From IMG/VR virus record IMGVR_UViG_3300045988_104258: 60,408 nt of DNA; one strand, given 5' to 3'. The notes beneath the pieces were generated by a model. It made no database searches. It was not told the DNA's origin and saw only the letters and a program-made list of their open reading frames with translations. Both the position numbers and the translations under genes were made by a program. This document shows, in pieces, positions 35,491 through 44,172 of this stretch (its first letter is position 1; the number at the start of each line of letters is the position of its first letter). Source of the stretch: a virus.

Positions 35491-35829
35491 TTATTGCACT
35501 TCCTCCCGCATCAAATATCGCGCAGCGATATACAAAAACTGTTTCAACGGCATCGCCTGCCGAGGAGTATCGCCCAGTACCTCATAATAAAGCGGCCCAT
35601 GCGTCTGCTTCCGAACCACCGCATAGTCTACAGCCCGACGAAGGAGCCTGTCCATCGCAATGGCGCTCGTGTGATACTTCACGCACAGCTTTCGGTTAAT
35701 GTCCACAATGGTTGGCGATTCGTTGTTCTGTAGAGCGTTTTTGAGAATATCGATAGCATCGATGAGAGCATCAAAACCGCTCATCCAAACAGGTACACCC
35801 ATGCTATCTACAAATTCATATGTAGTCAT
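35491..35829 (-). CDS. Spo0A_C-like HTH protein
   Basis: MGVPVWMSGFDALIDAIDIL and KYHTSAIAMDRLLRRAVDYAV follow the GVPAHIKGY.YL..AI and [16 protein letters not shown] pattern. Confidence 0.5.
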   Translation of the reverse strand: MTTYEFVDSMGVPVWMSGFDALIDAIDILKNALQNNESPTIVDINRKLCVKYHTSAIAMDRLLRRAVDYAVVRKQTHGPLYYEVLGDTPRQAMPLKQFLYIAARYLMREEVQ

Positions 35830-36080
35830 TTAGCTTTCATCATCTTCTTTCGGTATTTTTCGCCAAGAGCTACTATGTGAATATAAGTCATGGGCGTAAA
35901 ATGCATACCCATCTCCTTATTGATTTCACAAATGGCGCTCCTGATTGAGCTTTCAACCTTCTGCGGCGGAATTTCATGCTTCCGAGCAATCATAACGTAA
36001 ATATCCGTCAGGCTTGCAGGCGTGAGTAAGCCAGACACCATCTGAACACCGATTTCCACAGCCTCGTCAAGGTAGGTCAC
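35826..36080 (-). CDS. Possible second Spo0A_C-like HTH protein
   Basis: IYVMIARKHEIPPQKVESSIRSAI resembles LYP.IAKK...T.S.VER.IR.AI. Confidence 0.35.
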   Translation of the reverse strand: MTYLDEAVEIGVQMVSGLLTPASLTDIYVMIARKHEIPPQKVESSIRSAICEINKEMGMHFTPMTYIHIVALGEKYRKKMMKAK

Positions 36081-36469
36081 GACCGCACCTCTACGTCCGG
36101 CAGAATATCCGTGTGGAAATAGAGCTTATAGTGGTATGGATCGGTATGAGTGCCGGTGATATCCTCAACAACATACATGGTGTACTCGTTCAGGTAAATA
36201 TAATTCTTCTTATACTCGTTCGGACCGGTCTTCACCGTACACACAAGTTCGTTGTTATCATTGTTCGAGATGGACATAGCACCTTCCATTTCAAGGATGA
36301 CGTTGTCTGTACGTGCGTTATAGACCGTGATCCGGCGCTCAGCTTCGAAGTAGTTGGCCTGCTTGGAAATGTTCCGATTCACCTTATCCGCTTCGGAGCA
36401 GCTGCACAGAACCACACAGCCAACAAGCATCATCAGAGATACGGCAAAACAAATAATACGATTTTTCAT
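36077..36469 (-). CDS. Lipoprotein
   Basis: Signal peptide with lipobox VVLCSC. Confidence 0.5.
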   Translation of the reverse strand: MKNRIICFAVSLMMLVGCVVLCSCSEADKVNRNISKQANYFEAERRITVYNARTDNVILEMEGAMSISNNDNNELVCTVKTGPNEYKKNYIYLNEYTMYVVEDITGTHTDPYHYKLYFHTDILPDVEVRS

Positions 36470-36471
36470 AG

Positions 36472-37158
36472 TTACTTCTCCACACTTTCTTTTCCCGTCT
36501 GGTCATCCTCAGGCCAGTACGTGTAAATATCATCGAACACCACCGGGATCTTGCTCTGCAGTTCCTTCAGCAACGGGCACATCAGCTCTCTCATCTGAGG
36601 ATGGGCCGCCACAGGAGTACGCAGCTTGAAGATATTGCGCCACTCACGGTAGTTGGCCGTTACCACGATCTCGGTCTTCAAGCACAGCGGCAGCACACAA
36701 CGGGCCTGTTCGGGACGATAGCCGTTCATAAGCATCAAAAAATAAGTTTTTTCTGCCAATTCGCAGGATTCTACCCATTTACGATAGAACAGGCGATTCT
36801 GTTCTTTATCGATATAAAACGGCTCCACAACGGTAATGCTGCCCTCAAACTTCTCCTTCGAGTAGTTGCAGTACCGGGTGCTCTCCTGTGCAAAGCTTGC
36901 AATGCGGTGCCGCACCAGCTCATTCGCCACACCACGGTCACAGGTAAACAGCACAGACAGCTGAGAATGCTCCAGCATAGCCTCATGCCCCTGCTTCACC
37001 AGAAAACCCACCAACTTCTTCGCCGACTCACCGTCCGGCGTGATCTTGTCCTCGCTCTTGTAGCAGACCCGCGCCACCCGCTCAATCTGCTGCAGCTCCT
37101 TGATGCCACCCTCAGAAATATCAGTGAGGATTTCGTACTTAGGCTCAACGATTTTCAT
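36472..37158 (-). CDS. thyX: FAD-dependent thymidylate synthase ThyX
   Basis: RHRIASFAQESTRY matches the ThyX signature RHRxxSxxxxSxR. Confidence 0.8.
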   Translation of the reverse strand: MKIVEPKYEILTDISEGGIKELQQIERVARVCYKSEDKITPDGESAKKLVGFLVKQGHEAMLEHSQLSVLFTCDRGVANELVRHRIASFAQESTRYCNYSKEKFEGSITVVEPFYIDKEQNRLFYRKWVESCELAEKTYFLMLMNGYRPEQARCVLPLCLKTEIVVTANYREWRNIFKLRTPVAAHPQMRELMCPLLKELQSKIPVVFDDIYTYWPEDDQTGKESVEK

Positions 37159-37339
37159 AATTAAATCTCCTTTTCATCAGTGAATCCACTATTTCGAGCT
37201 GACTGAGGCTCTTTCCGTTGCCCCTTTGTTGAACTATGTATCCGAGATGAGCCATTTGTTTATGGTCGCAGGATTTCACTTTGGGACACTTCTGGCATTT
37301 TGGAGCAAGAATTGTAATCGCTCCAAAGTCTTCGTTCAT
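37145..37339 (-). CDS. Hypothetical protein
   Basis: 64-aa ORF. Confidence 0.3.
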   Translation of the reverse strand: MNEDFGAITILAPKCQKCPKVKSCDHKQMAHLGYIVQQRGNGKSLSQLEIVDSLMKRRFNYENR

Positions 37340-37518
37340 AAACTATCCTCTCGCTTCAACTTGCACTCCCAGTCGCCGCAGATATCTCCGCAAGCGAACT
37401 TCTTCGCGGTCTTCATGCCTTTACGGATGGCCTCCTGCTTGTCGGTCGCCCTGACTTCAAAGGTCTGATGCACGCCGCCATTGTCCGTGCAGGAAAATAT
37501 AAAGGTGTACTTTCTCAT
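37336..37518 (-). CDS. Hypothetical protein
   Basis: 60-aa ORF, 4-nt overlaps with both neighbours. Confidence 0.35.
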   Translation of the reverse strand: MRKYTFIFSCTDNGGVHQTFEVRATDKQEAIRKGMKTAKKFACGDICGDWECKLKREDSL

Positions 37519-37736
37519 GCTTCTAACCTCTCAAAATTTAATGGATCATACACGTACCCCATCGGCCAGCCCAGGCGTTCCAGCCAGCACGGATAATAGC
37601 GAAACGGAAGCTCCAATCCGAACCAGTTTGCGTTCAGAATCATAGTTTCTTCACATACAGCAAGCACGAGATGGAACCTGAAATATTTTCTTGGTGCGGA
37701 TTCCACTCGGTAAAGTTCAAGTCCTGGAAAGCACAT
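37515..37736 (-). CDS. Hypothetical protein (start uncertain)
   Basis: 73-aa ORF. Confidence 0.3.
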   Translation of the reverse strand: MCFPGLELYRVESAPRKYFRFHLVLAVCEETMILNANWFGLELPFRYYPCWLERLGWPMGYVYDPLNFERLEA

Positions 37737-37747
37737 AAATAATCCTC

Positions 37748-38041
37748 CTAGTCCTCTAATACCATAACGATAAAGTCAATAATGCTGTTCAAAGCACCGA
37801 CGATTTTAAACAAAATATCTTTCACGAGATTCTGTCGTTTTGGGGTTATTACAGGCGCTTCATGCCTCCAAATATCTACGCTCGGGCTTTTAACGACGTA
37901 CTCTATCGGCGTATTATTTGCATACAATGTTTCCACTTCTGTGTATTTGTCAATCAAGGCCATGTATTCTCGTATCTCATTTGCGCTCACGCCGCCGTAG
38001 CGAATGCTTTGAAGTGCTTGATTATATAAATATTCCTCCAA
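37748..38041 (-). CDS. Hypothetical protein
   Basis: 97 aa; TTG start with SD GAGGTG. Confidence 0.35.
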   Translation of the reverse strand: MEEYLYNQALQSIRYGGVSANEIREYMALIDKYTEVETLYANNTPIEYVVKSPSVDIWRHEAPVITPKRQNLVKDILFKIVGALNSIIDFIVMVLED

Positions 38042-38052
38042 TGCTTCTCACC

Positions 38053-38190
38053 TCACAGCAAAATCCGAAATAGTGTGAACCAAATTACCTTCAGCGTAAC
38101 TGTAATGATTATCAGCCACGCACAGATAACCATGGTCAAAGCCAGCACATGTCCGAAAAATGTGCCAATCTTATCCCAAACATCATTCAT
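38053..38190 (-). CDS. Small membrane protein
   Basis: TM-rich; start MNDVW overlaps the upstream stop. Confidence 0.3.
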   Translation of the reverse strand: MNDVWDKIGTFFGHVLALTMVICAWLIIITVTLKVIWFTLFRILL

Positions 38191-38383
38191 CCTTATCAAC
38201 CCTTTCGAGACCTGTGAAATATCCGATGCCAATATGACCACCATCGCAATGATGAATTGGGCGGAACGCCATCAGACCGGCCAGATTGTTCTTCGCATCT
38301 TCGAGATTACAGTAGGGACTCCCATCGTTAAATTCCCTCTCGCAAAATCGGCACTTGTAAGTCGGATAATAAAACGTCTTCAC
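38183..38383 (-). CDS. Cys-rich small protein
   Basis: YKCRFCEREF...HHCDGGH; GTG start after SD GAGGAGG. Confidence 0.35.
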   Translation of the reverse strand: MKTFYYPTYKCRFCEREFNDGSPYCNLEDAKNNLAGLMAFRPIHHCDGGHIGIGYFTGLERVDKDE

Positions 38384-38589
38384 CCCACACACCTCCTCAC
38401 AGCATCCACCCGGCACTCTGCAGCGTTCAGCTCGAAAATAGCAGCATCCACAAATTCCGGGTCGCAGTTCTCAAAGTGGTTCCGAGCCACTTCCAAATCC
38501 CGCAAAGCCTCCCGCAGGATATTAACCGTCGTCGGAATCGGCTCCATGCGGAATATCTTTTTGACATGCTCAGCGATTTTTCGCAGCAT
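38380..38589 (-). CDS. Hypothetical protein
   Basis: Start MLRKIAEHV with SD GGAGGTG. Confidence 0.35.
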   Translation of the reverse strand: MLRKIAEHVKKIFRMEPIPTTVNILREALRDLEVARNHFENCDPEFVDAAIFELNAAECRVDAVRRCVG

Positions 38590-38947
38590 TTCTACACCTC
38601 CACATCTTTGTGACCTGACGAGCCGTGAGCCAGCCCTCAACATCATCATGGCCAAGTAGCTGCGCACCCATCACCTCGATAAGCCCTTGCTCAAAGCCAT
38701 AGGAACCCCAGCCCCAAATGCCATCCCAGATACGATTTCCAGCAGCATCATATGCAACGATTTGCTCACCACCATCATGCCGTCCGCCAGGAAGAAACTC
38801 CTGATTGTCCGGTCTGTCCATCTCTGGCCAACGGCGTCCATAAGTATGCAGGACCTTAGCGTGCTTCAGCAGAATATCCAGTTTCTGTATCTCGGTCATA
38901 TGGTTCCAAACCCGGAGCTTCCAGGTTTTCTTAGACATGTTTCTCAT
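38570..38947 (-). CDS. Hypothetical protein
   Basis: About 125-aa ORF, start MRNMSKK. Confidence 0.35.
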   Translation of the reverse strand: MRNMSKKTWKLRVWNHMTEIQKLDILLKHAKVLHTYGRRWPEMDRPDNQEFLPGGRHDGGEQIVAYDAAGNRIWDGIWGWGSYGFEQGLIEVMGAQLLGHDDVEGWLTARQVTKMWRCRNAAKNR

Positions 38948-39102
38948 TTCTGCATTTCCTTTCGTCAGCCTCCATGGTCTTTGCGATTTTATGCTGAATA
39001 TAAAGCACACAGCCAGCCTGACTATCACACCCGAATGAAGCCAATAATCCAGCAATAGCATTCAAAGAGTTCAAATCCTCTTCAACAAATATCATTTAGC
39101 GT

Positions 39103-39330
39103 TCACCGTTCCTCCTGATACTCTACAATTTTGGTCACTTCACTCTGAACCCGGCGTAAGAAATCACACACATCCAAGCAACCGCACTCCCTCAATGCCT
39201 CAGCGATATCGCCTAAACTATCCATGTCGGTTCTTGTGAGATTAACTTGAGGAATAACTTCAATGTTCTCCTCTGTGATAAATTGGGTATAGTCCCCACA
39301 ATGGCAACATTTAATGTTCATGCGTTGCAT
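39103..39330 (-). CDS. Cys-rich small protein
   Basis: Start MQRMNIKCCHCGDY with SD AAGGGAG. Confidence 0.35.
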   Translation of the reverse strand: MQRMNIKCCHCGDYTQFITEENIEVIPQVNLTRTDMDSLGDIAEALRECGCLDVCDFLRRVQSEVTKIVEYQEER

Positions 39331-39361
39331 ACGAGCATCTCCCTTCAATGATGAAAACAAA

Positions 39362-39385
39362 GAGCCATAGATTTCTCTACAGCTC
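39362..39385 (-). terminator. Conserved hairpin, divergent copy T9
   Basis: Plus strand GAGCCATAGATTTCTCTACAGCTC; loop core AGAAAU on the minus strand; a U-run follows. Confidence 0.4.
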
Positions 39386-39391
39386 TCTCGT

Positions 39392-39619
39392 TCAGAACGA
39401 CTCGCTTACTTCATCTGGTAAATAGGTTATAGTATTGAGATATTCGTCAGTTTTTGTCTCAATTCTGTCAATCATCTGTTTCCACTTAGCCGTTTTAGTT
39501 TTCAGCTTGAATAGATCCGAAGTACGCAAGTGTGCACTTGTGTACTCGATTTCCGTGTCAAGTTTTTCTAAAACACCTACCATCTCGCAAATCAACAGTT
39601 CTTCTTCAACTTTGTTCAT
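39392..39619 (-). CDS. Hypothetical protein
   Basis: Start MNKVEEE with SD AGGAGG. Confidence 0.35.
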   Translation of the reverse strand: MNKVEEELLICEMVGVLEKLDTEIEYTSAHLRTSDLFKLKTKTAKWKQMIDRIETKTDEYLNTITYLPDEVSESF

Positions 39620-39663
39620 ATCCATTTTCCTCCTAAAATAACAGTTAAATAACTTCCGTTCTT

Positions 39664-39689
39664 CCATAATATAGTCTGTTATTTTCGCG
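39664..39689 (-). promoter_or_regulatory. 26-nt promoter-like motif, copy I
   Basis: Minus strand CGCGAAAATAACAGACTATATTATGG, 44 nt upstream of the start at 39619. Confidence 0.45.
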
Positions 39690-39840
39690 TCTTCTCCTCA
39701 AACTTCACAGGTTTGACAGTACCCTCCCTCGCACACTCCGTCAGGCACTCGTTGCAGGGCTCGTCCGTCTCCAGTACCTTGAAGTTCTTGCACTTCGGGC
39801 AGTAGGTCGCATAGTCCACTTCGCGCATCCAGTCATTCAT
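39679..39840 (-). CDS. Zinc-ribbon small protein (53 aa, below the ORF-track cutoff)
   Basis: ATGA overlap with the upstream stop; YCPKCKNF...PCNECL. Confidence 0.35.
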   Translation of the reverse strand: MNDWMREVDYATYCPKCKNFKVLETDEPCNECLTECAREGTVKPVKFEEKTRK

Positions 39841-40528
39841 CTGATTTTACCTCTCGAATAATTGCGGTTTTCCCACAACGAGGACAAATTCCAACGTATC
39901 CGTCCATAATAGTAAGGCATTTTGCTCTTTCATTACGCCATTTCGTAGCAGGGATTCCGAAGTGAACTCCACATTCATTACAAACTACAGGAACGACTGC
40001 TTCACGGACAATTCCGTTATCTTCTTCAGGATCAGGCGGAAGAGTCCACGGATTATCGCCACCGCAAAGTGGACATTTAAATATAACTTCATGTTCGCCC
40101 ATCCGTTTTCCAGTAGCTCTAGCCCAGTGCTTCCCGCAATGCGCGCACTTACCATTGTAAGCCACCCAGTCATCACGATCCCCCTTAGTTACGGTGGACT
40201 TAATATTGAACCTATCATCCAACTCCGGGTGCGTCTCCCGCTGGTTCAGCGCCCAGAGCAGATTCCAGCAGGCAGCTCGCAGGTGGTCCTCATCATCCAT
40301 ACCGACCATGTACTTTGCCAGATGCCGAGAAGCACTGTCCAGCAGCGAATGCAGCGGGATGCCTTTGTCCACATTGTGCTCGCCGTATTTCAGCGCACCT
40401 TCCTCGCAGTGCTTGCTGACCTCCATAATGCCGTACCAAGGAAGAAGGTCCATTCTACCCTTCCCTGCGTGCATATCGCGCTTTGCACCGGTTTCAAATT
40501 CGGTGCGGTCTCCAGAGTCTTTAATCAT
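39833..40528 (-). CDS. MazZ/DUF5664-like dNTP pyrophosphohydrolase domain fused to Cys4 zinc ribbons
   Basis: DSGDRTEFETGAKRD...GKGRMDLLPW...ALKYGEHN...W N-terminal pattern; C-terminal CAHCGK, CPLCGG, CNECG, CPRCGK. Confidence 0.5.
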   Translation of the reverse strand: MIKDSGDRTEFETGAKRDMHAGKGRMDLLPWYGIMEVSKHCEEGALKYGEHNVDKGIPLHSLLDSASRHLAKYMVGMDDEDHLRAACWNLLWALNQRETHPELDDRFNIKSTVTKGDRDDWVAYNGKCAHCGKHWARATGKRMGEHEVIFKCPLCGGDNPWTLPPDPEEDNGIVREAVVPVVCNECGVHFGIPATKWRNERAKCLTIMDGYVGICPRCGKTAIIREVKSDE

Positions 40529-40701
40529 TTTTGCTCCTCCCAAGGATATTTTTCTGCTCTTGTTCCATCTGCTAAAATTTTGCAGTAGCACTTTTGGTCA
40601 GGTAATACACACTCACCAGCGTTCTCGATGTTGATATCGCAGTCTTTATATTCGCCGTAAATACTACGCTTGCAATCTGCGCAATAGTTAATCTCTCCCA
40701 T
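40525..40701 (-). CDS. Cys-rich small protein (58 aa, below the ORF-track cutoff)
   Basis: MGEINYCADCKRS...; its stop overlaps the next ATG. Confidence 0.3.
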   Translation of the reverse strand: MGEINYCADCKRSIYGEYKDCDINIENAGECVLPDQKCYCKILADGTRAEKYPWEEQK

Positions 40702-40718
40702 AAAACATCAATCCTTTC

Positions 40719-40967
40719 TTACTTAATGAGATTCACATGATGCTGGTAAACCTCAACAACATCTCGCGGATGGTTCTTTTTTCCAAAGAACATTGCGATA
40801 TGTGGGTAATTGTCTCGTCCATCGTTGCGGCAATACAATTTTGTGGGAACTTTGTAACGAGGCAACGCTTCTTCGGTATACATGATTTTTATAAGTTGAA
40901 TCTCATGATACGTCGCCTTCATCTTCTGAATAAGTTTCTTCTTGCTTTTTCGTGAGATATTTCCCAT
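40719..40967 (-). CDS. Hypothetical protein
   Basis: Start MGNISRK overlaps the upstream stop. Confidence 0.35.
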   Translation of the reverse strand: MGNISRKSKKKLIQKMKATYHEIQLIKIMYTEEALPRYKVPTKLYCRNDGRDNYPHIAMFFGKKNHPRDVVEVYQHHVNLIK

Positions 40968-41221
40968 CAGCAGAACCTCCTGATTCTCCCCTGCATAACC
41001 TTGTTGGGAATATCCAGCCACCGGATTTTGCATTTGTCCTTGTAGTCAGGGCGTAGCTTCTGCAGAATCATCTTTAATGGCTGCCTCTTAATTTCTTCAA
41101 TCAAGTCCATGAGACAAGCCGTTACTTTCTCGAAGCATTCTGCAATCGCATTTAAGACATCTGCTATTTTCTCACAGGTCGTCGCAGTAAGCCTTAAAGA
41201 ATCATAAATATCATGCTCCAT
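40967..41221 (-). CDS. Hypothetical protein
   Basis: 84-aa ORF. Confidence 0.35.
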   Translation of the reverse strand: MEHDIYDSLRLTATTCEKIADVLNAIAECFEKVTACLMDLIEEIKRQPLKMILQKLRPDYKDKCKIRWLDIPNKVMQGRIRRFC

Positions 41222-42437
41222 AGAATTTCCTTTCGTTGAACTGTTTCTTTTGCATCAATGCTCTGGAAATGGCCACATCGATACCACTACGACTCTTCAG
41301 GTGGTAGAACCAGAGATCCTTGAAAGGTGTGTTCAGCCGGTCGATGCGCCCGGCTGCCTGCTCCATGACCTTATAGGAGTAGTTCTGACTATAAAAAATA
41401 ATGGTATCTGTCTTGATACAGTTCCAACCTTCTGCTCCAGCGTTGTACTGTACAAGATAGACCCATTTATCCGTATCCGGTATCGGTTGATGCTTGTGTC
41501 CATTCCACTGAGCCACCTCCACGCCGTTGTCATAGGGCAGATGCAGGAGAATATCCAACTCATAGTCGAAGTTATAGAAGATGATAACTCTCGGGTGTGT
41601 CATGCAAATATCAAGCACTTCCTGTTGCCGAGATTCATCTGCATTGACCACCCTCCGCAAGCTGGAACAGAACTCACTTGCTGTTTCAATAGGCCGCCCT
41701 TCCCATGGATTCCACCGGCTCATGCAAATATCTTTGTACTTGCGCTGGTCGAACCCGACGTAGATGTTCTCATGATGCGGTATCGTCTTCCGCTCAAAGT
41801 CCATATCAACCAGAATCCGTTCCCGCAGACGTATCAGCCTGCCAGTGTTCAAATATCTGTCAATTTTGGGGTACTTTGAGAAACGACTATAAACCACGTG
41901 CTCATTATTGAATTGTGTCCGGTTCCGGTAGAATCCATTTGCAATGAACACCGGAATATAATCTGTCCAGCAATCGCCAGGCGTAGCGCTCAAGAGAATC
42001 CAGTCATTTTCCCTCGTAATGCGTAAGAAATCCTTCACCCACGAGCCATTGCCCACAACACGCTGTTCATCGAATATGAAGAACGCGCGTTTGACGCCAA
42101 TGTACTTGCCGATGTTATTCCAAGAATCGATTACGACTTTGTGGTTGTAAAGGTCAAGGTTCTCATCAGTAGACATGAAAAAAGGAGCGAGTTCTTCGTC
42201 CCACTCCCCTGTGTCACGTTTCCGTGCTGTTGTGATAATATAAAGGTCTTCGGGCTCAACCATCGGAATGTACTCTTCTGTGTTGAGCTTTCCATCGAAC
42301 ATCTGGTAATAAAATGCCAGCCCCGTTCTGCTTTTTCCGCTTCCCACCCCACCACACAGAATACAGCCTAGTCTCATTTTCTGGACTGCTTCGAGCTGGT
42401 AGTCGTAAAGCTGAACTCCCGCCATCAGAGCAATCAC
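41211..42437 (-). CDS. SF2 (SNF2/DEAD-like) helicase
   Basis: LYDYQLEAV, GGVGSGKSRTG (Walker A), FIFDEQ (DEAD-like), LLSATPG. Confidence 0.7.
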   Translation of the reverse strand: MIALMAGVQLYDYQLEAVQKMRLGCILCGGVGSGKSRTGLAFYYQMFDGKLNTEEYIPMVEPEDLYIITTARKRDTGEWDEELAPFFMSTDENLDLYNHKVVIDSWNNIGKYIGVKRAFFIFDEQRVVGNGSWVKDFLRITRENDWILLSATPGDCWTDYIPVFIANGFYRNRTQFNNEHVVYSRFSKYPKIDRYLNTGRLIRLRERILVDMDFERKTIPHHENIYVGFDQRKYKDICMSRWNPWEGRPIETASEFCSSLRRVVNADESRQQEVLDICMTHPRVIIFYNFDYELDILLHLPYDNGVEVAQWNGHKHQPIPDTDKWVYLVQYNAGAEGWNCIKTDTIIFYSQNYSYKVMEQAAGRIDRLNTPFKDLWFYHLKSRSGIDVAISRALMQKKQFNERKFYGA

Positions 42438-42601
42438 CTCATTTCTTCGTGAACATGAATGGCTTCAGGATAGCAATGATTCTCGTAGGCCAACAGGGCA
42501 ATTGTAGCTTCCTCTTCATCTGCGCCCTCGCCAAATATTGTGTATGCAAATATCTCTTTACCATTGTAAGTAAAGACTTTCCAACGTCGTTTTTCTTTCA
42601 T
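42434..42601 (-). CDS. Hypothetical small protein
   Basis: Start MKEKRRW with SD AAAGGAG. Confidence 0.35.
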   Translation of the reverse strand: MKEKRRWKVFTYNGKEIFAYTIFGEGADEEEATIALLAYENHCYPEAIHVHEEMR

Positions 42602-42639
42602 CCTGATACTCCTTTGTTTTATGTGTATTTTCGGACACT

Positions 42640-42695
42640 TGCAGGCCATACAGGATTCGAACCTGTCATGCTCGCCCTAGCGAATGACCCATATA
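42640..42695 (-). other. tRNA 3'-half-like fragment (T-arm plus acceptor 3' strand)
   Basis: Minus strand ...GCGAGCATG ACAGG TTCGAAT CCTGT ATGGCCTG CA; no matching 5' acceptor strand is present. Confidence 0.4.
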
Positions 42696-42698
42696 AAA

Positions 42699-42722
42699 GA
42701 GCCGCAGATTTCTCCACGGCTC
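42699..42722 (-). terminator. Conserved hairpin, copy T1
   Basis: Plus strand GAGCCGCAGATTTCTCCACGGCTC; minus-strand U-run TTTTATAT follows; lies 16 nt after the stop of the 42738 gene. Confidence 0.55.
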
Positions 42723-42737
42723 ACGAAATTATTGCGA

Positions 42738-43112
42738 TTACTGCTTCGGCTTCATACACACAATATATCTTTTACCGTCCTCGTCCTCAAGCAGACCATA
42801 GCAGCGGCGAAACATCCTGGTGTATTTCTCGATCATCTCAACCGAAAGAGAGCCAAAGTCATCTTCGGTCAAGCCTACAATCAGAAATGTACCAGCCACA
42901 TAGTCGTACATCTGAGCGTCAGCGTTATAAAGCGGCCGGTTGAACTCCAAGCCCATGAGTTTGCCCTCATCGTTGCAAATAAGAGCAACTTTGTCGTCCC
43001 ACGGGTAGGTTGCTTGAATCAGGCCGCCAACCTCTTTCTGCAGAGATTCCAACGAGCCATCAATGTCGATGACCTCCGGTCGGCACATCGGTTTGATACG
43101 CAATACTTTCAT
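42738..43112 (-). CDS. DUF3846-like protein
   Basis: 124 aa; ...IDGSLESLQKEVGG.I......D...LICNDEGKL pattern. Confidence 0.4.
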   Translation of the reverse strand: MKVLRIKPMCRPEVIDIDGSLESLQKEVGGLIQATYPWDDKVALICNDEGKLMGLEFNRPLYNADAQMYDYVAGTFLIVGLTEDDFGSLSVEMIEKYTRMFRRCYGLLEDEDGKRYIVCMKPKQ

Positions 43113-43236
43113 AGTTCTTCTCCTTTATTAAAAATATAAGTCTGAGCTGCTGCCTCTGAGAACGCCATTTGCGACGTGGGCACTCACCGGCTGGTCCATT
43201 CAACGGAAGACTAACTCCTGCACTCAGAAATATCAT

Positions 43237-43620
43237 TTAATAAATTTCGAGGTTTGCGAGGCGTGCATCACGACGCTTCTGCTCGATGATATCAGGAGCA
43301 ACGTAGCTGACATTCACCAGATAGGACGGGATGCTGTAGTTCTTTGCAGCGAGATTCTCGATGACGCAGCCACGATAGCCCTTGTCCTCATCGTAAATGC
43401 CGATGAAGCGATCTGCTTCCGACAGTTTCTTGATGCTCTCACCGAGATACCAAAGAGCCATGTTGGTGTTCTCAGGAGGATCATCCTCGAAATAAGTCGG
43501 GATAACTTCCAGTTCTTCGCCAAAGACAGCCTCTGCAATCTTGTGCATCTGCTCCATGGATGCTTTAATGGCGCATTCCGTGCGATTACGCATAGGAACA
43601 CTGATAAACAGTTTCTTCAT
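43237..43620 (-). CDS. Nucleoside 2-deoxyribosyltransferase-like (DUF4406-type) protein
   Basis: MKKLFISVPM...; start at 43620 with SD AAGGAGGAG; family call is tentative. Confidence 0.35.
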   Translation of the reverse strand: MKKLFISVPMRNRTECAIKASMEQMHKIAEAVFGEELEVIPTYFEDDPPENTNMALWYLGESIKKLSEADRFIGIYDEDKGYRGCVIENLAAKNYSIPSYLVNVSYVAPDIIEQKRRDARLANLEIY

Positions 43621-43630
43621 GTGCTCCTCC

Positions 43631-44146
43631 TTAGAACGGCAAATCGTTCGGATCGTTAGGCTCAGCCATCTCGCGCTGCTCATACTTAGCAGCATACGGG
43701 TCGGCATCTGCATCCTGCTCCACGTAGAGAATATCCGCGTACAGCGTGTACTGGCCAGGGTTGTTCCGGTTCTCATACAGGTTAGCCTGCAGGTTCACGT
43801 TCTTCACACGGATATAATCCAGCTGACCGATGTTCTCAGCGTTGCAGGCAACCTTGCGGCCAGTGGTGGTGATCCAGAAAACCTGCGGAGGCCACTTGGA
43901 ATCCATGTTGACCGTCACCGGAACGTAGAAGGTCGGTACGAACGGCTCATCGTAGGTGTAGTTGGGGTTCGGCTTGGTCTGCTTGACGTTCAGCCCCATT
44001 TTGATGAGCTGCTGAGCCTGCTCCTCCGTAGGGATGACCACGTTCACACGCCGCCGGGACGAACCGTAACGGTCGCGGTTCGGGTCGCCAGAGAAATTGG
44101 TGTCGAAAATAAACCGGGTATTGTCAATATTTACCTTTGCTTTCAT
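43631..44146 (-). CDS. Single-stranded DNA-binding protein (gp2.5/DUF2815-like)
   Basis: 171 aa with an acidic tail ending DPNDLPF, the SSB tip motif. Confidence 0.55.
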   Translation of the reverse strand: MKAKVNIDNTRFIFDTNFSGDPNRDRYGSSRRRVNVVIPTEEQAQQLIKMGLNVKQTKPNPNYTYDEPFVPTFYVPVTVNMDSKWPPQVFWITTTGRKVACNAENIGQLDYIRVKNVNLQANLYENRNNPGQYTLYADILYVEQDADADPYAAKYEQREMAEPNDPNDLPF

Positions 44147-44172
44147 AATAGAAACTCCTTTACTCTTTTTCT

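Noticed and set aside
39833-40528. A Z-genome (2-aminoadenine) pathway inferred from the MazZ-like domain
   Set aside because: No PurZ (adenylosuccinate-synthetase-like) or DatZ candidate is present anywhere in the window.
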